A stretch of 64,000 nucleotides of DNA from contig CAZHIA010000007.1 of assembly GCA_964532425.1 (NCBI GenBank), positions 64,008-128,007 on the forward strand, read 5' to 3'. Positions within the stretch are counted from its first letter, which is position 1; each line of letters opens with the position of its first letter. Made by a program: the position numbers and the translations under genes. Positions 9,205-17,849 of this stretch are shown piece after piece. The notes beneath the pieces were generated by a model. The model made no database searches, was not told the origin of the DNA, and saw only the letters and a program-made list of their open reading frames with translations. This stretch comes from an uncultured Candidatus Saccharibacteria bacterium (GTDB lineage Bacteria; Patescibacteriota; Doudnabacteria; UBA920).

Positions 9205-9379
9205 GAAACCGCACCTCTTGCCCAAAACGCTGCTTTTCAGTAGTATATAGGAAGAGAACTTCTTTTATCTAAAATATAATTTACCCTCCCAGCCATCCGC
9301 CCCGTGCGGACCCGTCTCGCCTTGCGAGCCGAGGCGGATAGACAGGGGAAACACCAGAGAATGGGTGTAGAGGGCGGAC

Positions 9380-10573
9380 ATGAAGAAACCTATGGAAGTT
9401 AAGCCAAAAATCGAATCGTTTGCACGCATCAAAGTGTTAGGAATTGGCGGCGGCGGCACGAACGCTATAAACCGGATGACTGAGCTAGGTATTAAAGGGG
9501 TTGAGTTTGTTGCGATCAATACCGATGCCCAGGCCTTGCATAACAACCAGGCAGACCGCAAAGTCCATATTGGCAAGAATATTACCAAGGGTTTGGGTTC
9601 CGGTATGAATCCGGAGCTCGGGCGCCAGGCGGCAGAGGAGTCAGTGGAAGAACTGGAAGAGGTGGTCGATAATGCCGACATGGTGTTCATTACCTGCGGA
9701 CTTGGCGGCGGTACCGGTACCGGCGCGGCTCCGACCGTGGCCGAATTGGCAAAGAACAAAGGTATACTGACGGTCGCCGTGGTAACCAAGCCGTTCACGT
9801 TTGAAGGCAGTAAGAGAAAGGAAGTGGCTGAAGTTGGCTATGACAATCTCAAGGATAAGGTGGATGCTATTATTTCCATCCATAACGACCGCATCCTCCA
9901 GATCATCGACAAGAAGACTTCGCTCATTGACGCTTTTAAAACAGTCGACGAGGTGCTACGCCAGGGTATTTCCGGAATTTCAGATCTCATCACTTCGCAT
10001 GGTGTAGTGAATGCCGACTTTGCCGACGTTCGCAGCATTATGCAAGATGCCGGCACGGCTCTTATGGGTATCGGCCGGGGCAGCGGCGAAAATCGCGCCG
10101 AAGAAGCAGCCAAGCAGGCTATTAATTCTCCGCTTTTGGAACTGGCTATCGATGGCGCCAAGGGCGTATTGTTCAACATTACCGGCGGCCCGAATTTGGG
10201 AATGTTCGAGATCGACGAGGCTGCCAAAGTTATTACCAAGAGTATCGATCCGGATGCCAAGGTCAAGTTTGGCGCGGTTATTGACGAGAACATGGGTGAC
10301 GATCTTCGCATTACGGTTATTGCCACCGGCTTTGACGAGGCGAACAAGCGTCCCAATCTGTTGTCAATGCCTACAGCTGACGAGGCCAAGAAGCCGGTCT
10401 ACCAGGAACCGAAGTACACGCCGCCTCCGGTAGAAATTCGAAAGCCGTTGTTTAATCCGAAACCAGTAGAACCGATCCAGCCCATGCAGCCGCGCAACGA
10501 CGAAGACGCTGCCTCATCTTCTCCGGACGACGAGTTGGATATACCGGCGTTCATTAGAAAGAAAATGAAATAA
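9380..10573 (+). CDS. ftsZ: cell division protein FtsZ
   Basis: It has the tubulin signature GGGTGTGAAP and the GIGGGGTNAINRM, NTDAQAL motifs. The C-terminal tail ends DIPAFIRKK. Confidence 0.9.
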   Translation: MKKPMEVKPKIESFARIKVLGIGGGGTNAINRMTELGIKGVEFVAINTDAQALHNNQADRKVHIGKNITKGLGSGMNPELGRQAAEESVEELEEVVDNADMVFITCGLGGGTGTGAAPTVAELAKNKGILTVAVVTKPFTFEGSKRKEVAEVGYDNLKDKVDAIISIHNDRILQIIDKKTSLIDAFKTVDEVLRQGISGISDLITSHGVVNADFADVRSIMQDAGTALMGIGRGSGENRAEEAAKQAINSPLLELAIDGAKGVLFNITGGPNLGMFEIDEAAKVITKSIDPDAKVKFGAVIDENMGDDLRITVIATGFDEANKRPNLLSMPTADEAKKPVYQEPKYTPPPVEIRKPLFNPKPVEPIQPMQPRNDEDAASSSPDDELDIPAFIRKKMK

Positions 10574-10580
10574 CATGGTA

Positions 10581-10614
10581 ACACCCCTTGGACAGATCCG
10601 AGGGGTGTTTTATA
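10581..10614 (+). terminator. intrinsic terminator after ftsZ
   Basis: The hairpin ACACCCCTTGG-acagat-CCGAGGGGTGT is followed by TTTAT. Confidence 0.65.
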
Positions 10615-10689
10615 TAGTGGGTAAACAAATAATTAGCCATCCAAGCGGGTTGGAATCGCGGCAGAAGGCTATGCTTGATTTCTGTAGGG

Positions 10690-10860
10690 GCTAGCGATAG
10701 CTGCCCGACTCTCAAATTTCAAATTACAATAACCAAATCCCAAATAAATTCCAATACCCAAAATAGTCAATGTACAAATCCTTTCTGGAGTTTTGAATTT
10801 GAGATTTGGATATTATTTGGTATTTGGGATTTGGAATTTGGTGCTTATAAAAGCGGGCGC
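10690..10860. repeat. CCAAAT/ATTTGG-rich inverted-repeat element
   Basis: The arms CAAATTTCAAATTACAATAACCAAATCCCAAATAAATTCCAATACCCAAAATA and TATTATTTGGTATTTGGGATTTGGAATTTGGTG are inverted. A related element lies at 42426-42550, sharing CCAAATAAATTCCAA. Confidence 0.45.
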
Positions 10861-10974
10861 CTCCTGCCTGCCGGTAGGTAGGGTCGGCTGCCCCTACGCT
10901 GCAACCCTGGTGCAGTAGGGGTGTGCGATAACATCCCTTACCTCAGACATAGGTTTTTAAGATATAATACCTCT

Positions 10975-12381
10975 ATGACTATCAATAAGAATTGGATGGT
11001 TCCGGCCATCCTTATATGCGTCTTTTGTTTTATGTTCTTCCACCAGCTCGGCACGTTTCCTATGGTGGACTGGGACGAGGGTATATACGCCCAAGTGGCC
11101 CGGCAGTCGCTCGAGCAGCATAGTCAGGCGGCTTTGCATTGGTACGGCAGCATAACGCCGGAAAATCCTTCCGGTCTATGGTTCGAGAAGCCGCCGTTCA
11201 TGATCTGGCTTACCGAACTGTCCTTCATGGTGTTCGGAGTGGGGGAATTTGCTGCCCGCCTGCCCAATGCGCTGTTTGCCCTGGCTATAGTGTTATTGTC
11301 TTATTACGCAGCCCGTCTCTTGTTCAAATCGCATGCAGCTGCCTGGTTGACCCTAGCTGCGTACTTTTTGGCCGACTACTTTATGAGCCAGGCGTACTTT
11401 TTGAAGTTTGATATGGCTGCCGCATTTTTTATATTACTTGCGGTTGTTTCCTATATCAAAGCCCGACAACAGGGCAGGTGGTGGTACGTATTTTGGGGAG
11501 CGGTCGGTTTGGGGGTCATGGTCAAAAGCGTTATTGGCCTCCTGCCCGTACCGCTGCTTCTGCTTTGGTCCGCCTGGGCCAGGGACTTCAGTTTTTTGAA
11601 AGACCGGCATTTTTATTTTGGCTCCGTATTTGCTGTTTTGATCGCCGCTCCGTGGCATATCATTATGGGCTTGCGCTATGGGCGGACTTTTTGGCAAACC
11701 TATCTGTTCCTTCATGTGGTGGAGCGCTTTACCGCGCCTCTGGAACAGTCCAAACTTAGTAATTGGTTCTATCTTTCTATCCTCTATAATAATCTGATAT
11801 TCTGTGCGGCAGCAGTTGCCGCAACTATATACGGCGCCTATCGCGGCTTCTTAAAGCGACAGCTGCCGTTTGCGATCATGGTTATTTCCGCGGTGACTCT
11901 TTTCATATTTTTCAGCTTTGCAGGGACTAAAAATTATGGGTACATTGTTCCGGCATACCCGTTCCTGGCTATGATAGTCGGTGGTGCAGCCGCAGAGGCA
12001 ATTGGAAAGTTGCGGCAGCCGCGCTACCAGGAGTTTGCCGTTCTCTCGGTGTGCGTTTTATGCGCTGTAGCGGGATTCGTATACAAGGCGAACAAACTCG
12101 ACCGGTATGCCCGCCTGCTGCCGTTCTATCGCGAGAGCAAGGCTATGGGATTGGTTCTCCATGACAAACTGCCGAATATGCCAATTGTGGTCAAAGACCG
12201 TTCAACTCCGGCATTTCTATTCTACCTTGATCGTCCAGTGGTCAGCAGCCCGGACCAGTTGCCGGATTTGGTCACTCAGTATATTCTGATTCTACCCGGA
12301 CCGCCCCAGTCGGCAATTCCGAACAGTCAGTTGTTGTTTGCGGGTCAGACCGCCGCCGGGTTATTGGTGGACCGGAAATAA
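10975..12381 (+). CDS. GT-C membrane glycosyltransferase, ArnT/PMT (GT39/GT83)-like
   Basis: It has more than ten predicted TM segments, and a DEGIYAQVAR motif in the first loop matches the DE..YA signature of ArnT/PMT. The start is uncertain: a GTG at 10921 is the alternative. Confidence 0.5.
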   Translation: MTINKNWMVPAILICVFCFMFFHQLGTFPMVDWDEGIYAQVARQSLEQHSQAALHWYGSITPENPSGLWFEKPPFMIWLTELSFMVFGVGEFAARLPNALFALAIVLLSYYAARLLFKSHAAAWLTLAAYFLADYFMSQAYFLKFDMAAAFFILLAVVSYIKARQQGRWWYVFWGAVGLGVMVKSVIGLLPVPLLLLWSAWARDFSFLKDRHFYFGSVFAVLIAAPWHIIMGLRYGRTFWQTYLFLHVVERFTAPLEQSKLSNWFYLSILYNNLIFCAAAVAATIYGAYRGFLKRQLPFAIMVISAVTLFIFFSFAGTKNYGYIVPAYPFLAMIVGGAAAEAIGKLRQPRYQEFAVLSVCVLCAVAGFVYKANKLDRYARLLPFYRESKAMGLVLHDKLPNMPIVVKDRSTPAFLFYLDRPVVSSPDQLPDLVTQYILILPGPPQSAIPNSQLLFAGQTAAGLLVDRK

Positions 12382-12396
12382 TTTTGTACTATCTTA

Positions 12397-12963
12397 ATGG
12401 AAAAGATTTTACAGTGCTATCCATTTAAAGATGCGGGGGTAAAAGTGGCCGAAGGGTTTGCCGCGTATGACGGGAATTTACGGACCGTACCCGGAGAAGT
12501 CCATCAGGGCATCGATTACGCGCTCCGCAAGAACAATGAGTTTGCGAGCTTCGAAGTATTTTCCATGTTCGAAGGCGATGTGCGGTTCGGTGTGAGCGAG
12601 AAACTCGGTAGATTTTTTGTCATCAGTGTGGAGACAGGGGAGTTGCGGTACGATTGCGTCTATGCCCATCTGGACCACATCAATGAAGACTTGCAGAAGT
12701 ACGCTATCATCCGGGGTGAGATGGATTTTGTCATCCCGGCCAGGTATAGCCTTGGTTGGGCGGGGACAGCCGGCAGCTCGCGGGGTGTGAGGCATCTGCA
12801 TATTGAAATTCATGAAAAGAACCTGAAGACCGGACAGCGGCGGAAGTTGGACCCCTACGGGGTGTACGGTCGGTTGTCCGGCGGCGGTTACCGACAGCCG
12901 GGAGAGAGTCTTGCGGGTTTAGATCATATCTGGATTTCAGACCAACCTGATCTGGTCTCGTAA
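12397..12963 (+). CDS. M23 family metallopeptidase-like protein
   Basis: It has HQGIDYA (HxxxD) and HLHIEIH (HxH) zinc-ligand motifs plus YAHL and DPYG elements typical of LytM/M23. No signal peptide is evident. Confidence 0.6.
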   Translation: MEKILQCYPFKDAGVKVAEGFAAYDGNLRTVPGEVHQGIDYALRKNNEFASFEVFSMFEGDVRFGVSEKLGRFFVISVETGELRYDCVYAHLDHINEDLQKYAIIRGEMDFVIPARYSLGWAGTAGSSRGVRHLHIEIHEKNLKTGQRRKLDPYGVYGRLSGGGYRQPGESLAGLDHIWISDQPDLVS

Positions 12964-13129
12964 ATACTTTTTATGCTTCGCTTTCGATGTATTTAGAATG
13001 CACAGTGAGAAGTGGTTGCAAAAGGATTTTCCCACCATACCTTGCTATGATCCCATGGCTATGGTATGCTCAAGTGTCCAATGATAGAGGAGGACGACAT
13101 CGCCGCAAGGCGAGTTAAGAGGTGATGCT

Positions 13130-14140
13130 ATGATGAAAGGACTGCATCGGCAGTTTTCTGAGATCGAATCCTTCTTCGAAAATGGGGGAGGCTGTCGGAA
13201 TCTTGCCGACGCGTTGTTATGCAATCACACCGGCTTCATGGAAGGCTTCTCCTCCAAGAAGATAATCGGCTACACGCGGAGCGCATTGCGCTACTTGTGC
13301 AGTCGCGGATACTCGGTAACACGCAAGGAGTGTCGCGAAATTTATGAGACGAACTTTTTCGTGCTCAAGGGTCCTGGCGAAGCCAGAATCTTCGCTCGAG
13401 AACTTGGGTTGCTGCCGGTAGACATCCGTTCGGCCGTCAGCGATTTGTTGGCGGAGCGTGTCTATAACTCATTTGAGTTTACTGCCAAGATTTGGCAGAA
13501 ACTGAATGAGTTGCGGAAGTCGGCTGGGTTTCGGCCGCTTTCAAAATCCGACCGACGCATCCTGCGATCACAGGTCCTCACCGCATATAACAGTGATCCG
13601 CACGAGCAGTTAGAGTATTTGGCCGAGAGTCTTCGTTTCCTCGGGTGGGAGCTGCTGCCGTACGTACGGGAACTGCACCGCTATCCGTTTGCCGGACTGC
13701 TGGCAGGAACGGATGACGGCTACAGCCCGCTCGTCGAACTCTATGCCGGCCTCATCGTAGATCGGCGCATGACAAAAGCGGAGGTGATCGAGGAACTGAC
13801 GACATACGACCTGCTCTTCAGCGATCTGGTCGGCTGGCCTGAACTGGCAAAGTACGGGGCTCGCGTGGAAGAAGACTACTTCCTCCAGCGGCTTACCTTA
13901 CCGGTCGAGATCGAGGACCATGCCCGCATGCTGTACCTGCTGAAAGTCCTGTGTGATGACTGTCGCGAGTGGAACGGAATTGCGGAGCAGATTGCCCGCA
14001 ATTTACTCAGTGATAGTCGCCAGGCCGCCGAGAGCCGCAGAATCTTTTGGAGATATGGGTTCGACCTGGACCAACTCGCCGGAAATTTCACAGATACGGT
14101 TTCCCGAGGATCGGTACTATCGGTTGCTGCCGCTGTGTAG
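13130..14140 (+). CDS. hypothetical protein
   Basis: It is a 336-aa ORF with a GAGGTGA RBS 5 nt upstream and no recognisable motifs. Confidence 0.45.
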   Translation: MMKGLHRQFSEIESFFENGGGCRNLADALLCNHTGFMEGFSSKKIIGYTRSALRYLCSRGYSVTRKECREIYETNFFVLKGPGEARIFARELGLLPVDIRSAVSDLLAERVYNSFEFTAKIWQKLNELRKSAGFRPLSKSDRRILRSQVLTAYNSDPHEQLEYLAESLRFLGWELLPYVRELHRYPFAGLLAGTDDGYSPLVELYAGLIVDRRMTKAEVIEELTTYDLLFSDLVGWPELAKYGARVEEDYFLQRLTLPVEIEDHARMLYLLKVLCDDCREWNGIAEQIARNLLSDSRQAAESRRIFWRYGFDLDQLAGNFTDTVSRGSVLSVAAAV

Positions 14141-14182
14141 ATAGCCTGCGCACTCCCAAGAGGGGAGTGCGCTCTTTTAATT

Positions 14183-14342
14183 GTCATTGCGAGAAGATAA
14201 GGGCTTTGACTTATCGACGAAGCAATCTGACGCCTTTGGTGTCATCCCAAGTGTCAACCTCAGACGGACCTGCCGACGGCACGACATCCGAGGGGTCTCC
14301 TTTATAGGAAGGATTGCTTCGCTTCAGATAAGGCCCTGAAGC
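14183..14342. repeat. MITE-like element, family GTCATTGCGAG...CTCGCAATGAC
   Basis: The terminal inverted repeats are GTCATTGCGAG at 14183 and CTCGCAATGAC at 14332. The sub-terminal inverted repeats are GAAGCAATC and GATTGCTTC. It is 160 bp with no ORF. Confidence 0.6.
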
Positions 14343-14643
14343 TCGCAATGACAACGGTCTTGCAAAAAAAATCTATCTGTGCTATAATATATGTAGATTC
14401 ATTCCGGCAGAAACAAAAAACAAAAGAAAATTGAATATTTTCTTTAACACCTTGCAAAAAGGTGGTTGTTGCTGTGGAATATAAAGGTCGATAGGGCCAA
14501 TGGTCCTACAGAATCTTCTAAGAAACAAACAATAAAAACAAAATCACAAAAGAGAGGGTTCCGTCCGGCGGTGTATGCGTGGAGGGAAAGGAGTATATCC
14601 GCGCGAATACTTCTTTACGCCAGCTGTCCGGCGGTGCAAACTT

Positions 14644-15084
14644 ATGAATAACTTCTTAGTAGAAGAGACTCCGGGTAAGGTCGTGGGCCTGCTCGGGGCT
14701 ACGCTGTTCTCGCTCGCGTTCCTGTTCGCAGTGACCGCCAGCGATGCAAGTTTTATGGGAACGAAAACCCATGTGGCAGATCCGTTTTCTCCTGCCAAGG
14801 TAATGGCGGTGCTGGATGGTGTTTCCAATTCGTACAGTAATTTTTTGGACACGAATCTGTTCCAGCCGAGCAAGAATGATTTCGCCATGGTCAGTGACAA
14901 CGTGACGTGGCTGGCCATGAACGCTTCAGATGGAATGAAGAATTCCCTGGGCGTGCAGGATCCCGTTGTACCGCAGGTGATGCCGGTTGCCGGGAGGGTT
15001 GCCGGAGCGTCAGTAACTCGGGCGCAAGAGACAAGTGGACCGTTTCATATGCTCGATAATATTTATACGCTGTTAACCCAGTAG
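14644..15084 (+). CDS. hypothetical membrane-anchored/secreted protein
   Basis: It has an N-terminal hydrophobic helix (VVGLLGATLFSLAFLFAV). A long A-rich leader follows the promoter at about 14360-14390. Confidence 0.4.
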   Translation: MNNFLVEETPGKVVGLLGATLFSLAFLFAVTASDASFMGTKTHVADPFSPAKVMAVLDGVSNSYSNFLDTNLFQPSKNDFAMVSDNVTWLAMNASDGMKNSLGVQDPVVPQVMPVAGRVAGASVTRAQETSGPFHMLDNIYTLLTQ

Positions 15085-15166
15085 GTGCTTGGAGGTGTTA
15101 CGATTACAAATCCCCGGATGTGCCCCCGGGGATTTTAGTTTGCGTGGACCGCTGAGGAGTCGCGGA

Positions 15167-15186
15167 TATCCGCCAGCTGGCGGAAC
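15167..15186. repeat. REP-like palindrome ATCCGCCAGCTGGCGGAAC
   Basis: There are identical 19-20-nt copies at 15167-15186 and 18973-18991, each shortly downstream of a gene stop. Confidence 0.5.
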
Positions 15187-15274
15187 ACTGAATCAACGCT
15201 GAGTGTATATTCGAGTGAGTAATAAAATTCGCAGGTCTTAGTCATATACGGTGCTAAGATTTAATGTGACCTGT

Positions 15275-15694
15275 ATGGCTAACAAATCGCAAAAGGAACA
15301 GGCAAACAAAATCATCGAACAGGCCATTCAAAAGGAGCAGTCAATGCAATCAGATAGCCCTTCAGGTCAAAACGAGGTCCAAAGGATTGCTGTTGATTGT
15401 TCCAATGCCCGCAACATGTGCTTGCAGACGCTTAACTACTGCTTGTCCCAGAGTGGCAAATATTCAGACAAGGAGATTATTAAGCGCATAGAAGACTGCG
15501 CTGTGTTGTGTGAGGCAACGATCAGTTTTCTTTTGCGGGACAGCAGGCTGCTCGGACCCTTGCTGCGCGTATGTGCCACTGCCTGTGAAAAGTGCAGCCA
15601 GTCTTGCGAGCAGATCCCCGGGGACGAGCAGTTGGAGACCTGTGCTCACTACTGCCGGGTCGCCTTTCAATCTTGTTCGAGCATGAATGGTTAA
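15275..15694 (+). CDS. Cys-rich four-helix-bundle protein (DUF326/Csp-like)
   Basis: Regularly spaced Cys residues (C..C...C) recur in predicted helices, which resembles four-helix-bundle copper-binding proteins. Confidence 0.45.
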   Translation: MANKSQKEQANKIIEQAIQKEQSMQSDSPSGQNEVQRIAVDCSNARNMCLQTLNYCLSQSGKYSDKEIIKRIEDCAVLCEATISFLLRDSRLLGPLLRVCATACEKCSQSCEQIPGDEQLETCAHYCRVAFQSCSSMNG

Positions 15695-15704
15695 AAGCTA
15701 AAAA

Positions 15705-15745
15705 TGAACAGCCTGCACGATAACACGTGCAGGCTGTTTGGTATT
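15705..15745. terminator. bidirectional terminator between convergent genes
   Basis: The hairpin AACAGCCTGCACG-ataaca-CGTGCAGGCTGTT is flanked by A/T runs. Confidence 0.6.
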
Positions 15746-16101
15746 TAGAACAATGACCCGAGGATACTCTCGGTCTCCTGGCGCTGGCTCTTAAACCATT
15801 GGTCGGCTGCGGAACGAGCTTTCTGTTCGAGCTGCCGGTTAGTGGAATGGGGAGGGAGCTGCCCTTTCTGGAACATCGGGCTGAGTTCGTCAACTACCGC
15901 CCCGGCGATGGTCATGGCCAGACTCTCTGGTAGGCCGTGCTCTTGCATCAGCGTGCCGCTGAGCTCCCTGGTGAGGCGGTCTTGTGCGAAATGAATCGGG
16001 TTTTCCCTGGTGACGTTGGCGTGGGCAGAGTAACGCTGCCACTGAACCAGCATAGCAGCCGGCTCGAACCGCGATCGGGTCTGTGTCGCTGTCATTGCCA
16101 T
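15745..16101 (-). CDS. hypothetical protein
   Basis: It is a 118-aa ORF with a GAAGGAGGA RBS on the minus strand. A bidirectional terminator lies between it and the convergent gene. Confidence 0.4.
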   Translation of the reverse strand: MAMTATQTRSRFEPAAMLVQWQRYSAHANVTRENPIHFAQDRLTRELSGTLMQEHGLPESLAMTIAGAVVDELSPMFQKGQLPPHSTNRQLEQKARSAADQWFKSQRQETESILGSLF

Positions 16102-16201
16102 TCCTCCTTCGAGCGAGTATAGCGCAGATTGTCGTTTAGGTCAATAGGTTTATTTATCTGTTCAATTTACCAGTCAACATTTATGGTATTTCTCCAAACG
16201 T

Positions 16202-16245
16202 CATTGTGGGGATGACCTCACAATTGTGAGGTCATCCCCACAATG
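16202..16245. repeat. perfect 44-bp palindrome
   Basis: The sequence CATTGTGGGGATGACCTCACAA is joined to its exact reverse complement with no spacer. It sits about 100 bp upstream of the minus-strand gene 15745-16101. Confidence 0.6.
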
Positions 16246-16373
16246 TAGTTTTTATTATGTTGGGATTGGAATACAAATGTGAGGTAGGGAAAAGTAGGTT
16301 GGTGTTGTCCGTCTTTGTTGAAAAAAATAAGCACACTCGGAAGTGTGCTTATAAAGTAAATGCATAGCAGCCG

Positions 16374-17849
16374 TCAGGTAGAAAGTTGGCCTTGCGTGGA
16401 GGGTTGTTCCATCACATATTTGATGAGCAGCGGCCAGACGAGTGTGGCATCGGTGTGAACTTCGGCGAACAGCCCGTGTGGATCCATTTTCCCCCATGAC
16501 ATGTTTTCTGAGTATGAGCAGCTGCCCAGGTTCCCATACCATGGCTGGTCCGGGGCGATACGGCAGCCGTAAGCATAGAGGAGCGGATCGCGCCAGGCCC
16601 CCAGGCGTTTTTTAATCAGGTCTTCGGCAACCGGGTCGTTCTGCGCGTTGTTGCGCGGCACGCCGCCGCCGATGCTGATAATGCCGGTGCGACTCAGGTT
16701 CAGTCTCGCCTCGAGCCGGTGCAGCGTATCAAATTCGGGATTGATGAAAATTCCTCGCTGTCCCTGCTGGCGCTGCAGCATGTTATAGGTCATTACATCG
16801 TTGCCGATCTCGCTGTCCGTGAATGCTGGAACATATATTGGCACGTTGCACTCATAGGCGGACCGGAGGATAGAGGGGTGACCAGGGTAATGCTCGGACA
16901 GATACTGTCCAATGAGTCGGAGAAAACTATGCGTTGACAGCACACTGCCATCAGGAATGTTTTCAAGCACGGCGCGCAGGACTTCTTCGATGTGGTCGAA
17001 GTTTGTCTCCGGCTCTAACGTATCGGTCACCCGGTTTAAGCGCAGGCTGGCCAGCAATTGGTCGCTGTGAGCCGGGTTGTGCTTGTAATGCCTCAGACCA
17101 GTGCCGGCAATTAACCCGTGGGCCATGAGCGCCCCGGTCGAGAATATTGCGTTCACCATGCCGAGCTCGATCATGTCCCGAATGACGAGCGAGAACTGTG
17201 CCACGGTCATAGCGCCGCTCAGCGTCAGGGTTTTGTGGCAAGCAGGATCCTTGATCATGCCAGTGAGCGCGGCTGCTGCCTGTTTTATTTCACCTGCCAG
17301 GCCGGTTTCGGGAAGCTGGTCCACGAATTCAGTAGCCGTGATCTTGGTCCCTTTCAACCGTTCAGAGAGGGCAGCGGAGATGCAAGGGATGACAAAGTTC
17401 GGGTCGGCAAAGACCGCGTTTGGGAAGTGCCCGTCCTTAATTTGACCGTTCCGACACATGCCGTACTGGTTGATGAACAGGATTGGCAGCTCCGGGCGTT
17501 TTTTTACGAAGTTCTGAATATGGTTATTTAGGGGACCAATGATCACGAGGGGTTCAGTGTAGTTCAGATCGATTGTTCCTTGTGGCAGAAGGACGGTCTG
17601 CACCCAACCCTCCTCTACCATCGCGTCTGTGAGCAATGCATAGGTTTGGGGGTCGGTGTTGTCCGTCAGTATTGCGTGGGGGCTTCGGGATTCCTGAATC
17701 CATGCCATCCATGTATGGGCCGCCTCGCCAATCATGCGGGCGCCGAACGAGCAATGGGCCATGCCGGCCACAATTTTGCCGACAGAATCGCACTTCCGCA
17801 GGTCGAGCGGGGAGAGGGGCTCCAGGTTCAGTGGGATTTTATCATACAT
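16374..17849 (-). CDS. deoxyhypusine synthase family protein (DHS-like)
   Basis: From memory, the C-terminal region matches DHS: TGIISIGGGVPRNN against DHS TGMIILGGGVVKHH, and ENMSWGKMD...DATLVWPLL against EAVSWGKIR...DASLVFPLL. The start was set at MYDK, which has a GGAGGA RBS. Confidence 0.6.
   Translation of the reverse strand: MYDKIPLNLEPLSPLDLRKCDSVGKIVAGMAHCSFGARMIGEAAHTWMAWIQESRSPHAILTDNTDPQTYALLTDAMVEEGWVQTVLLPQGTIDLNYTEPLVIIGPLNNHIQNFVKKRPELPILFINQYGMCRNGQIKDGHFPNAVFADPNFVIPCISAALSERLKGTKITATEFVDQLPETGLAGEIKQAAAALTGMIKDPACHKTLTLSGAMTVAQFSLVIRDMIELGMVNAIFSTGALMAHGLIAGTGLRHYKHNPAHSDQLLASLRLNRVTDTLEPETNFDHIEEVLRAVLENIPDGSVLSTHSFLRLIGQYLSEHYPGHPSILRSAYECNVPIYVPAFTDSEIGNDVMTYNMLQRQQGQRGIFINPEFDTLHRLEARLNLSRTGIISIGGGVPRNNAQNDPVAEDLIKKRLGAWRDPLLYAYGCRIAPDQPWYGNLGSCSYSENMSWGKMDPHGLFAEVHTDATLVWPLLIKYVMEQPSTQGQLST

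Noticed and set aside
10921-10974. GTG start at 10921 for the glycosyltransferase
   Set aside because: The ATG at 10975 was preferred because a TATAAT box lies immediately upstream and the TM core begins right after it. The start codon remains ambiguous.
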